From Trypanosoma brucei (taxonomy: Eukaryota): a stretch of 64,000 nucleotides of DNA. The stretch is taken from NCBI GenBank assembly GCA_000002445.1, contig AL929603.2, forward strand, positions 128,001-192,000. The letters are read 5' to 3'. Made by a program: the position numbers and the translations under genes. How positions within the stretch are numbered: position 1 is the first letter of the stretch; each line of letters opens with the position of its first letter. Positions 25,023 to 36,500 of the stretch are shown one piece after another. The notes beneath the pieces were generated by a model that ran no database searches, was not told where the DNA came from, and saw only the letters and a program-made list of their open reading frames with translations.

Positions 25023-27239
25023 ATTGTGCTCTTGTGTGTTAATGAAATGCGGCTTTGTAACATATGATGGATTCGATACCAAAAACTGTATTTATACTTT
25101 ACTAATGACTTATGCATTGTATACGTTTCCTTTTTCGAGTATTTCATGTGGTCACAGAATTGTTTGAATTACTTACCGCACGATGGGAATATGTGTTTAA
25201 CAATTTAATTATTATTTTAGTGGCATGAGTCAGTGAATGTTTCAGTTTATTCATTGCAGATGATTGTCTTTGATATCACAGGATTCCATTACTCAAAATA
25301 AATACATTGTGCTCTACAACATCTTGGACTCCAGTTACTTTATTTTGATGGATTTCTTTTGTTTCTTTTATGATGGGAACTGCAGGAATATTGAGGGGAT
25401 TACGGAAGTGCGGAGCGGTATGTTAAAAAATAAAATAAAAGAAAAAGAGCACAACACTGTCAACAGCTACATCGCAACAAAACGAATAAGTTTTTTTTTT
25501 GAGTGAGCATCGGACAATGCCAAATGACATTGTAGAATATTATACAAACATATCTGGTTTCGTTACATTAATTTGAAAGAACACATTGAGATGTGACAGT
25601 TTTTGTTTGTGAAGGAAAACATTGATAACATTAAATTTTGAGTAACATTTTGTTATTTTTACATTCCTCACGTTACAGTTAGTTAAGCATAATTATGTTA
25701 TATTTCCTTACTTTTTATTTTTTTACTTGGAATTTTACTTTTACTTTTATTATTTAATTCTTTCTTTCTTGAGGGTTGTGAAGTTAACTATGTTTGACAG
25801 TAGCACATAACTCACAGGGGTACCCTTATGGTTTCATGCGAAGTTTTTCTTTTCTTCATGTTTCTTTAAAATAAACTTTTTGTTTTTTTTGAGTTCCACA
25901 TGTAGCCGACTAACACTGGCAGAATCATAGGAAGGTTGAATTTAATTATTTTCTCCAAATGAGCAAAGCTATTCATCTGTTGGAAAATGTTTATATATAG
26001 CAATAGAATATATTCTGCAGTGCTTGCTGTATTTTAATTTATTTATATTATTTATTTTATTGCATGTCATTATTTTACAGTTGCTATAATGAAATCATTG
26101 TTATTGTGTCGTTTCAGGATATTGGGTCACTTATCATTTAAAGTAATTTCAAATTATGATTATATTGAAACAAGTGCATGTTAGTGAAGAATATGCTTCT
26201 TTTGATAATTCATATCTTTCTCTCTTTTAATTTTTTCATTTTCAATTTAGTGCTATAGTTTTAATTCCATGCGTATATTTAACAATGTGGTATTGTTCCA
26301 TATGGAATGTATCGCCATGGGTTACCATTCACACATTAGTTACTATATTTATGGTTAAAATGTTTATGGCTGAATGCTGCATTACATTGCTATCAAAATA
26401 TTATGAATTGGAATAAAGTGGGAAAAGAAAGCTTGCATGTAAGTGAAATTATATCAAGTGTTGTATTTCTGCTACTCGTCAACTTGATACATTTTGCATT
26501 TACCCTCCACCCCCCCAAAAAAGAAACACAAGGAGGCGAATAAATATGTTTGATGTATCCAAATGTAACCAATTGTGAAGGTGCGAGTCTCTGTTTATTT
26601 TTTTTGTGTTTTATATTCTTTGAACTGTGACTCTTTATTTCAAGACTCCGGTGTTACGCTGCTGAGTGATCCAAGAAAATAGAAGCAATATATCTGGAGG
26701 AAGTTATTAGTAATTAATTAATTAGTTTGACTCTGAGATAAAATAAAAGGAAACACAACCACTGCTTCTTGAGGAACACAATTCTTTTGTGAAGCCTCTG
26801 ATGTTGTGATGATATATAACACATTTATGGTTATTATATATTTGTATATTCCACGAGATATATTATAATGTTGAAGAAAAAAACAAGGAAGGACTTTTGA
26901 AGGGGTTTTGTATGTTCTGCTGAATAAAATGAATGAGAAATAAAAATATTAGTAGCTTAACATAACATAGAAGGAGTTTAGAAATATTATGATATGTAAT
27001 GCCTAAACTGTCTCACTTACACTTTTTTTGGAAATAGCTACAGTAACAAAAAGAAATTTACAGTATTTATAAGGAATGGAAATAGGCGGATGAAACATTA
27101 GCGGGAAGAGAAGAAAAAAAAGTAAATTATTATTTCTCTAATGGATATTTTCATGAATGTATATTCATTTACCAAAGTTCTTTCCATACTTTTTGCCTCT
27201 CATATGTTTTCCATATATTTCAAATATTTTCTTATATTT

Positions 27240-27310
27240 GATATATTTCCTTATACTTCATATATTCCCTATGTTTCTTGTTCCCTATATATTCCATATA
27301 TTCCATATTT
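27240..27310. repeat. Short degenerate tandem repeat (unit ~ATATTCCMT) in AT-rich intergenic DNA
   Basis: tatttccttatacttcatatattccctatgtttcttgttccctatatattccatatattccatattttc. Confidence 0.5.
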
Positions 27311-28383
27311 TCAGATAGAGAGAAAACATTGTAAAGCATTAGTCCATATGGCATACATTTTCAATACTTCTTTTTCACCATTATTCCACTTAGCACATTC
27401 CTCAAAAGAGGCCTAATATTGAATTATTATTCCCACAAATATATTTGCTCCCTTCCGTGAGCCTTTCGTTTCGTTTGAGTTTCACCAAGGCAGAAAAGCA
27501 GACGCATGGAAAGGTGCTCCAATACCAAAACAAAAACAAATACCTTTCATTCCTTCATATATATATTTCTTAGATTCATGATCCCATGGTTGCAAGAAAA
27601 AGAAAAAAAACACAGGATCACTTTAATGAAGGATAAAGAAAGTGAGCAGCATTTGTTCGTCGGGTGAGAGAGGTTCCTCTTTGATGTATAAGATTTTATT
27701 TTCATTGGTTTTACTTTTTACGGCGATTATTATTGTATTTTTTGATATCTCGTACTCTCATTTGCACACTGTGTACTCATTCGGAGTGTGAGAGTTGGCA
27801 TTAGAAATAGTTTTTCCACATTAATAAGTAATTACAACGTGTCATTCCGAGTGACGGCTCATGTGAGATTATGCGCAAGTTCTGATAGTTGTTTGTATTG
27901 TTTCTTAATGTGAAGAACCCTCATTATGCACATGAATACCTTTAACCAAGTATTATACATTTTACATAGCTTATGAGTAAAGCTATTGTTTCCCATTTTT
28001 CATGGCAATGCCACATTTATTTATTTGTTTTTGCTTTTCAATACATATATAAATATATTATTTTTTCTGCACTGATGGTGTACAGTAACTTGGAATTGTT
28101 GTTTGAGTTTTCCTCCCAAGAGAAATGTTTATTCATACTGTCATACCTTATCTGTGCTTAAGTTGCCGTGAAGCCCCAACACATGATAAGATTTGTGTTT
28201 AATCTCAATTTTAGTAAATATTTTTCATCTGCCATATTAATTCCTAATATTCATTTTATATTTGATTTGGTTTAGAAACGTATCCATTTTAAATTCTCTC
28301 ATCTTAATTTTTTTCATTATTTATGTTACAAAGAAAGGAAATAACACAACGCACTCAATTAAGATTATTATTCGGAGAGTGAA

Positions 28384-30411
28384 ATGAATCAGAATGGCGG
28401 TAGTGTGGGAGATACTCGGAATGTTTTAAATGGATGGTTGAATGGTGCGTACCGCCCGATGAAGAGACAAGCCGGCCGAGAAAACGAGAACCCATCAGAA
28501 ACCGGAGAGGGCAAGTCTCTCGAAGAGAAATTATATGAATCCATATACAATGCGAAATTGAGTCATATTATCATCGACGATGGAACTCAACCATTGGGAA
28601 TGAGGTTGGTTGATGGAATGCCCAATGAAGGTTTGATGTGGAAGGATGAGGAAGTTAATGTCGTGCCTGAAATTGAGGAAACTCTTGAACAGAAGCCGGA
28701 ACGCACTAAAGGAGTTGAGCTGTTGGTTCTTACCTCAGAAATGGGTTGGCCATATACAGGCTTTGCCCGGGGAAGTAACAGTGACATATTCATTCGCAGA
28801 GAAGAGCTCCGTGTATGGAATGTTGTAAGGAATGGAATTGAATTATGGCGTACACAACGTGTTATACCGGGATGTCTTTATTTACCACGATCATACGTTG
28901 CCATCGGTAATCCTGGGATTGGCAAATCTCAGAATTTGGGTTCTTTTATCCTCTACAAGTTACTGCATTATGATGCGGAAGAGTTGCCTGTTGTTGCGTA
29001 CTTCCGTGGTGTAGCCGCATATATATTTGAGAAATCAAGTGGTGGTGGCGTTGGCAGAGTTAAAAAGTACAGTAAAGGTGCAGCAATGGACTTGCTAGAG
29101 GTTATATCATCTAATACACGTGGTTATATTATTTATGACTTCGTCAACAAAGGCGAGCAGCCACCGGCAGATGTGGCTCCAAAATGGGGAAGCATTTTGA
29201 TCAGTTCACCCAATTTGAGAAATTTTGACAGCTGGCAAAAGCAACGTAAAGGCGCGTTTATTGTTGTTAACTGCTGGGCTATGAGTGAAATGCGGGCCTT
29301 CTTCTCACGTATTGGACCCAAGCTTTTTCCTCAAGCCACACCTGTTGAGTTGAGGGAAAAGTGGAACATGTATAAGGACCGTGTGGAGCGTGTCGGACCT
29401 TCACTTCGTTATGTGTTTGATGAAGTAATGTATGAACAGCAGCTTACTGCAGTGGACGGGGAATTGGGGAGTATTGTAGCAGGTAACAAGTACGGAATAT
29501 ATACTAAGGTACTGGACAACTGTGGGGAATGGAGAGAAAGTGACGCGTCTCACAAACTCGTGAAGATCGTTCGTATCAAAGCTCGAGAAGGAAACTTTTT
29601 TGACACGTATGTCTGCGTGGCGCATTCTGAATCTATAAAGAAAAGAATTTTGAATGTAGTGTTTTCCGGCATTGCTGAGGAGTGGGCACTGGTGTCTGGT
29701 ATGACGCGGGACGCATCTGTCATCGGGCATTATTTTGAGAAGAATGCAATTAAATATTTGTGTTCCCCCAAAGTGTTAACTTGTTTCGTAAGTCTAATAA
29801 CGAAACTTCCAGCAAATGAAAGGGCCAGACGCATGAGGACACGCAAAAGCATTTTGCAACACGTAAGGGATGGCCTCCTCAAAGTTGGTCGAACAAACAC
29901 AGTGCCAGGTGACATCAACTGGGCTGAGTCGGAGGGGGCTCCGGTGGAATTATATGTGCCATGCGTTTCCAACTTCCCCGTAGCGGATGCATTCTTTATT
30001 TTTGATGACAAGGAGGCTGCACAGGCTTCAGGAACCACAGGAAAGAAAACTATTGTGTTGTTGCAGTTTACTGTTGCCAGCAGCCATCACACAACAACCG
30101 ACGAATTCATTCATTTGTTACAATCCCTCTTTCCAAGTGCGGAGGGGGGAGGTCACCAGAATGAGGCTACCGTTGAACAGTTGAAGGAAATTACTGAGAT
30201 GTTTCACTGGGAAATCATTTACGTTCAGCACTTCGAATCCACAGCGATGAGGTCTGAGCAGAAGTGTGAAATTACGCAGGGTAAGGCAAAGCACCGCAGT
30301 CACCAGTTTGTGGAGGGATTCTGGAAGAACAATGTGCAGCAGTACCATGTGCAGTATGAGGATAACATAGTTACCAAAATGCTTGCGGTGGCTGCTGTGG
30401 GCCGAAGGTAA
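28384..30411 (+). CDS. RHS (retrotransposon hot spot) protein, apparently intact, 675 aa, short-N-terminus variant
   Basis: Uninterrupted ORF from ATG; 'LYESIYNAKLSHI', P-loop 'VAIGNPGIGKSQNLGSFILYKLLHYD' (GxxGxGKS); homologous along its length to other RHS fragments in the window; no ingi/RIME at the hot spot. Confidence 0.75.
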   Translation: MNQNGGSVGDTRNVLNGWLNGAYRPMKRQAGRENENPSETGEGKSLEEKLYESIYNAKLSHIIIDDGTQPLGMRLVDGMPNEGLMWKDEEVNVVPEIEETLEQKPERTKGVELLVLTSEMGWPYTGFARGSNSDIFIRREELRVWNVVRNGIELWRTQRVIPGCLYLPRSYVAIGNPGIGKSQNLGSFILYKLLHYDAEELPVVAYFRGVAAYIFEKSSGGGVGRVKKYSKGAAMDLLEVISSNTRGYIIYDFVNKGEQPPADVAPKWGSILISSPNLRNFDSWQKQRKGAFIVVNCWAMSEMRAFFSRIGPKLFPQATPVELREKWNMYKDRVERVGPSLRYVFDEVMYEQQLTAVDGELGSIVAGNKYGIYTKVLDNCGEWRESDASHKLVKIVRIKAREGNFFDTYVCVAHSESIKKRILNVVFSGIAEEWALVSGMTRDASVIGHYFEKNAIKYLCSPKVLTCFVSLITKLPANERARRMRTRKSILQHVRDGLLKVGRTNTVPGDINWAESEGAPVELYVPCVSNFPVADAFFIFDDKEAAQASGTTGKKTIVLLQFTVASSHHTTTDEFIHLLQSLFPSAEGGGHQNEATVEQLKEITEMFHWEIIYVQHFESTAMRSEQKCEITQGKAKHRSHQFVEGFWKNNVQQYHVQYEDNIVTKMLAVAAVGRR

Positions 30412-31489
30412 TTGACGAACCTCGGGCAAGCCAACAATGAAGTAATCACTGTGAAGAACGAATGAAAGGGCAAGAGGAGGCGTCACATTTTGTGTTGGAG
30501 TAATGAAGTTCAATCATCGTATATCCTGGACAGGCTTCTGGCAGCATAACGAACTTACAGTTGCGTTGGTGTAATCCTTTCGCAACTGTTTACATCCTCT
30601 CTATGATTCACCGCACGACGGAAGGCGTACGAAATCCGTGGTATCGATTGTATTTTGCGTTTGTTGTCACAATGAAATGGATAGTAACAATGGTATTACA
30701 TACATCCATTAATGGCAAGGTGGCAGCTTGTTGCGTCGTGTCTTATCATTTACATTTTTTTTATTCCTTGAATCGTTACGATTATCAAATCATTTTGTGA
30801 AAAACTAATTAAACACTGATATACAAGAGGATTGTGAGCACTGTTGTTGTATGGGTGTTAGCATTCTCATCTAGAAGGTTTCCTGTAAGTTCCCATTAAA
30901 ATCCTTATGTGTTGTGATGGCTTTCTTTATTTTCCCCCTTTCCTTCTGCCGTCCGCTGTGTTATTTTGTGACAGGCAGAATATTGATTCCCGCGTAGGGG
31001 TGCGATTGAGTAGGGATCCTCAGAGGCAAATGTGCGGAACCGTTTCGAGTTCTTAGCGCATTGCATGCAATTGTGATTCACGCTGTCTTGTTTAGGTTAG
31101 TATGGAGGGGTCATAAGTCTTGTGGTCTTCCACTGTGTTTGTTGGGGAATGTTGTGTCTTTACTGGCAGGGAAGGGGCACAACTCCTTATTAGTAGTAAG
31201 TAGGTTCTGCTTTATGGCGCTGAGCTGTCTTTTTGAGGGTGTTTGCTTTTGTGATTATCTTCCTAGAATGAGTGACTCACTGTGATGTCCTTTCCTACAG
31301 TGTAAACTGTCTCTGTCTCTGTTTCTGATTCTATTTTTGTTTATGCTTTTATCGCAAGCTTGTGAAGAATCAGGGGGCAAGTTTTCAGAAGTGTGGAATT
31401 CAATAAGGCGTTTCCATAGTAATAGGTTGCATGCGGCAATATATTTTTTGAATTGACTGCGTGGAGGCGAAAAAGGGCCAACTTGATCA

Positions 31490-32346
31490 ATTAACAGTTC
31501 TATTGAGGATGTGCTGCTGGAAGATTATGCGGGTTTGGATGAAATGAAACTGCATGAAATTTTGAATCAATACATCTCAAACACGTATAACACAGAGAAT
31601 GTGGCCATGTTTTTGTTTGTTCAGAATCCGGGAAAATATATTAATGCTAATGTTCTTGAAGAAATAGAGGATACCGACGAGTTTCAATTACCGAGAGCAG
31701 TTATTTATTTGCCTCTAATGGAATTGAAGACATGCAGCAATGGGAGGAGAGGGCAACAGCGCAAATAAGGGAATTTGTTGGTCCCGTGGCGAGGGGAATG
31801 TTGGATGGAGCATTGGATACTGCCAAAGAAGCAAGGAAACGAGCTGACCAAACAGCTGGTGGTGCCGAACTGAAAGGAGTGTATGATTCTATGTACAATG
31901 CGACATGGGGTTATGTGGAGTCGGGTCACAATGATTTACCTCTTGGCATGAAGGTGGTGGGTAATTGTGACGGCGAGCCCGAGTTGTGGACAAAAGAGGA
32001 GGTGAATGTCAGTCACACGCCTTATGACTTGTGCGACCCACTGCCTCGTCACGGTAATTTAGAGATTGCTGTGCTCACCTCGCAGAAGAGTTGGCCATAT
32101 AACTCTTTCAGCATTCCGGAACATGCAATTCAAGAGGATGCGGAGGAACCAGGAGACTACGTGTTTGACCGGGATGTGTACGTTCGTCGAGAGGTAATGA
32201 GAGTGTGGTATCTTGTGAAGCACAGGCTGGATTTGTGGCTGGAGTCAGAGCTGATCGAAAAACAGATTCCTTGCGTCCTCGTCGGCAGTGCAGGTATTGG
32301 GAAATCAGTTGGTGCTGGCTATTATATTCGACTTACGCTGGTTTAG
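31490..32346 (+). pseudogene. RHS pseudogene, 5'-truncated N-terminal part with frameshift (31511..31768 / 31732..32346), interrupted by ingi-1
   Basis: '..EIREFVGPVARGMLDGALDTAKEARKRA..LKGVYDSMYNATWGYV..' and P-loop 'VLVGSAGIGKSVGAGYYIRLTLV' immediately followed by stop and retroelement. Confidence 0.7.
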
Positions 32347-32432
32347 TGGTTATGTAGATTGGTCGTCGCAGATAGTACCGGAATCGATTCCCGCGGCCAG
32401 CGAGTATTTAGCTTACACTAAGAATGAATCTG
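32347..32432 (+). other. Unassigned ~86-bp sequence between RHS hot spot and 5'-truncated ingi-1; contains 12-nt perfect palindrome GGAATCGATTCC (32380..32391) and CCGCGG
   Basis: Matches neither RHS continuation nor canonical ingi 5' end (CACCCTGGCGATGCCGG missing). Confidence 0.4.
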
Positions 32433-32638
32433 CCTCAACGTGGTGCCAGGGTCCGGTACCCCGTATCATCGGGGGAAGCCAAGAGCCAGCAGCGTTATTC
32501 CCATAGGGAACACTGCTTTGCTCCGGCTACGGCATCATACAGCACAGGGATCAGCAGCGTCTTGCTGGGACACCGTTTTTCATTTGTCGGTCCCTGGGCA
32601 CGTGCCAGCGTGCCATCAGCAGTATCATCCGCACTAAG

Positions 32639-33571
32639 ATGCTGCTGTCCGGTGATGTGGAAGAGAATCCCGGCCCGTCGTTGCGCGGGATGCAGTGGAA
32701 CTGCGCCGGGCTATCTCAAGGAAAGAGATTAGCACTCCACAAAACCCTTGTTGATGAGCGGATCGCCTTTTGTCTGTTGAGCGAGACAAGGATGACGCCT
32801 GGAGAGGCGGCTTGCTTTAGCGTTGCTGGTTACCAACATCGCGGAATAGCTCGTAACTGCAAAGGAGGTGGTGTATCAATACTAGTGAGGGAGGACCTAC
32901 CAGTCGAGACCGGTATGGCCGTTGTTGGTCGCATTGAACAAGTGCATGCAACAATTCACCTTGCACGTGGAACGGCGCTGACTGTCACGTCGGCATACAT
33001 CCCACCAAAACACACCTTTACGGCAACTGACATAGATACGCTTCTGACAACTGACGGTGCCCAGCTCATCGGTGCAGACGCTAATGCACACGCGTTGGCA
33101 TGGGATCGCGCGAGCCCACCAAATACCAAGGGTGAAACCCTCACACAGTGGTGCATTGACAACCAGTTTCTGGTCTGCAACACTGGTGAGTGCACCAGGT
33201 ACGCGTGCCACCACGGGGAGTCCACCCCTGATGTGACACTGTCAAGGAATTGCACAGTGTACACGTGGACATCGCTGTATTCTCCCGATAGCGATCACCA
33301 TCACATATTTTTCGACGTTATCGTTGGAGACGACACAGATGCACTGAGTTGCCCGCGGCTTCGAAAGCCCATGTACGCATGGCTAAAAGCTAACTGGAGG
33401 AATTTCCGTCTCAAGGTTGACGAGCTCTGCAGGAAAATTGGTAGAGAGAAGAACGTCAACACCCTGGAACAGAAATTGAGCTCCGCCATCCGCATTGGAC
33501 ACCTGCGCTCGCGAAACTCGATGAAGAGATCGCTGGATGCGGACCCTCCCGCCGAAGGGAAAAGTTGGTAG
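32639..33571 (+). CDS. ingi ORF part 1: 2A-like peptide (DVEENPGP at 32654..32677) + AP (apurinic/apyrimidinic-like) endonuclease domain
   Basis: 'MLLSGDVEENPGPSLRGMQWNCAGLSQGKR...LLSETR...ILVRED...GADANAHALAWD...SDHHHIFF' (EEP-family endonuclease hallmarks); ends at TAG where frame shifts. Confidence 0.8.
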   Translation: MLLSGDVEENPGPSLRGMQWNCAGLSQGKRLALHKTLVDERIAFCLLSETRMTPGEAACFSVAGYQHRGIARNCKGGGVSILVREDLPVETGMAVVGRIEQVHATIHLARGTALTVTSAYIPPKHTFTATDIDTLLTTDGAQLIGADANAHALAWDRASPPNTKGETLTQWCIDNQFLVCNTGECTRYACHHGESTPDVTLSRNCTVYTWTSLYSPDSDHHHIFFDVIVGDDTDALSCPRLRKPMYAWLKANWRNFRLKVDELCRKIGREKNVNTLEQKLSSAIRIGHLRSRNSMKRSLDADPPAEGKSW

Positions 33572-36500
33572 CCACGCGTAAGCAGATCCTGGACCGTACC
33601 ACAAAGAAGAGATGGAGCACGCTATGCTCCAGACTTGCGGTGTCAGACCGCTGCAGTTGGCACATTGTCAAGAAGGTATATGCGCCACGACCACTAACCA
33701 CACCGGCTGTACTTGTAGATAACGCGGCCATCACGGACTACCGTCAAGCTGAGAGGTTCAGTAAACTGTACTCGTCCCGCGCAAGAAGGCACCCCGACTC
33801 ACACCCACCGGCACCAATAAAGACGATAGCGAGTGAGTTCAGTCCCATCACGATGGCTGAACTACGGAGATCGATCAAACTGCTACCGAGTGGATCCGCC
33901 GCCGGACCTGATTGCTTATACAACGAGGCACTACAACATCTCGGCAGAACAGCGCTGAATGTTGTTCTGTGGCTATTCAATGAGAGCCTACGAACGGGAG
34001 TCGTGCCGCCTGCATGGAAGACTGGTGTTATCATCCCCATCCTGAAGGCCGGAAAAAAGGCGGAGGACCTCGATTCTTACAGGCCAGTGACGCTCACGAG
34101 CTGTCTCTGCAAAGTCATGGAGCGCATAATTGCCGCGAGACTTAGAGACACTGTTGAGTCCCAGCTGACGCCGCAGCAATCAGGCTTTCGCCCCGGATGC
34201 TCAACGCTCGAACAACTCCTGCACGTCCGCGCTGCCCTCTGCCGTCCCACGCACCAATCTCGTACGGGTGCTGTATTCGTTGACTACGAGAAGGCATTCG
34301 ATACAGTAGACCACGACAAAATTGCGAGGGAAATGCACAGAATGAAGGTATCACCCCACATTGTGAAGTGGTGCGTATCATTTCTGAGTAACCGAACTGG
34401 CAGAGTGAGATTCAAGGAGAAGCTTTCCAGAAGCAGAACATTTGAGCGAGGAGTGCCACAAGGAACTGTCCTTGGCCCAATCATGTTCATTATTGTCATG
34501 AACTCGTTGAGCCAACGCCTTGCAGAAGTGCCGTTACTGCAGCACGGATTCTTTGCAGACGACCTAACGCTACTTGCGAGGCACACAGAAAGGGATGTCA
34601 TCAACCACACACTACAATGCGGCCTAAACGTGGTGTTACAGTGGTCAAAAGAGTACTTCATGTCTGTCAACGTAGCGAAAACAAAGTGCACACTCTTCGG
34701 GTGTATAGAGCGCCACCCCCTTACATTACAACTGGAAGGCGAAAGAATAGGAGCTGACAGGACACCGAAGCTTCTAGGAGTAACATTCCAGTGTCTGCAG
34801 GGGATGGCAACACATGCGGCCGAAACGAGACGCAAGATGGACTTCCGACTACTGCAGATAGCGGCCATCTCAGCTTCTACATGGAGGCCAAGACGACAAG
34901 TACTGAGAGCTTTTTATCTAGCACTCGTACAGGCACACACCATGTATGGCATTGAGGTATGGTACTGGGACGCTTCGGAACGAAGTCGCGACCTCCTTGC
35001 ATCAGCACAACACAAAGCCAGTCGCATCATAGCCGGCATACCGCATGGGACGCGCAAAGAGGACTCTCTGCTGGAAGCAAACCTCCTGCCACTCAAGACG
35101 ACCACTCTTGTGCGCAGCATGAAATTCATGCTGATGTGTGAGTCACGAGGCGGATGTTTGCGGCGCAGTGCTGAAGAAGTATACCACAGCAAACACCCAG
35201 TCAGAGTCTTACATTCCCGCATCATGCGGTCCTACCCCCACCTCCGCATTGAGCCACGCGAGCACCCACTAGAGACATCGACGCTCCGCCACAGCTGCCG
35301 ACCGATATTTCACACGCAGATAAAGCCTGTGTGCGCTGATGACCCTGACGATGTCAAAAGGGAGGCTTCCGAAAAGTGGATTGAACGACATTTTGCACGG
35401 AGGGGGAAGGAGCCACCGCGGCGAGAGCACTACGAATTGTGGACTGATGGATCCGTGTCCCTCGGTGAGAAGACCGGGGCAGCTGCCCTGCTCTATAGAA
35501 ACAACACGCTGATTTGCGCACCCAAAACTGGAGCAGGGGAACTCTCATGCAGTTACAGAGCGGAATGCGTAGCATTAGAGATAGGACTGCAACGGCTGCT
35601 GAAATGGCTTCCGGCATACAGAAGCACACCGAGCAGGTTGTCCATCTTCTCTGACTCGCTGTCAATGTTAACAGCACTGCAGACAGGCCCCCTAGCCGTA
35701 ACGGACCCAATTCTGAGACGACTATGGAGGCTTCTGCTTCAAGTTCAGAGAAGGAAGGTGCGTATCCGACTGCAATTTGTGTTTGGCCATTGTGGCGTGA
35801 AACGGAATGAGGTTTGCGATGAAATGGCCAAAAAGGCCGCAGATTTACCACAGTTGCGAGACACATGGATCCCCGACATCATTGCTTATGCGAAGCGAGT
35901 GCTTAGGTCGGAAGAAGTCCATGAGAACACTCATAGGTTTGGTATCACGGGCAACCACTTTCCAACAAAACATAAGGAAGAACTGACGAGGGAAGAAGAA
36001 ACGGCACTGGCACGCTTTCGGGTTGGGTCTTCAAGACACTATGGATGGATGTTGCGAAAGATCAACCCGAGTGTGCCTCCACAGTGTCGATGGTGTAACC
36101 CGCAACATGCAGCGATAGGGCCAACAATACAAACACAAAAGGCCCCAATTGTTGCGACACGCACTCTTCAGAGAACCTCCGAACCGACCAAATGTACGGA
36201 ATGTGATGCCACATACCAATGCCGCTCGAGTGCTGTAACGCATATGGTAAACAAACACGGCTTTGTGCGAGCTGATGCCCTCCGGAGGATAAAATACGGC
36301 GATGCAACACCTGCAGTGGATATCCCCCCGGAGCCCCCTCCAGTGGTGGCGATCGTTCCTCTACCATCGAGCACACGAGTCCCGATAAGACCACAGGTGC
36401 TTCATTGTACCCTCTGTGCCTCCAAATTCGCAGTGCCAGGGCGACTATTACACCACCTTAGAACAATACATGGCATAGGCAGCGGCAGTTGCCGCGTGAA

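Noticed and set aside
25022-28383. Possible centromeric AT-rich repeat array, telomeric TTAGGG, 70-bp or 177-bp repeats in the AT-rich intergenic stretches
   Set aside because: There is no long tandem array. Only short simple repeats and one ~70-bp degenerate minisatellite (27240..27310) are present. No TTAGGG or CCCTAA runs occur anywhere in the window.
32340-32410. tRNA-like impression ('TAGTGGTTATG', 'GGAATCGATTCC')
   Set aside because: I could not fold it into a cloverleaf. The would-be D-stem has no complement, and the 'T-arm' is a zero-loop perfect palindrome rather than GGTTCGANTCC. It is kept only as the unexplained insert.
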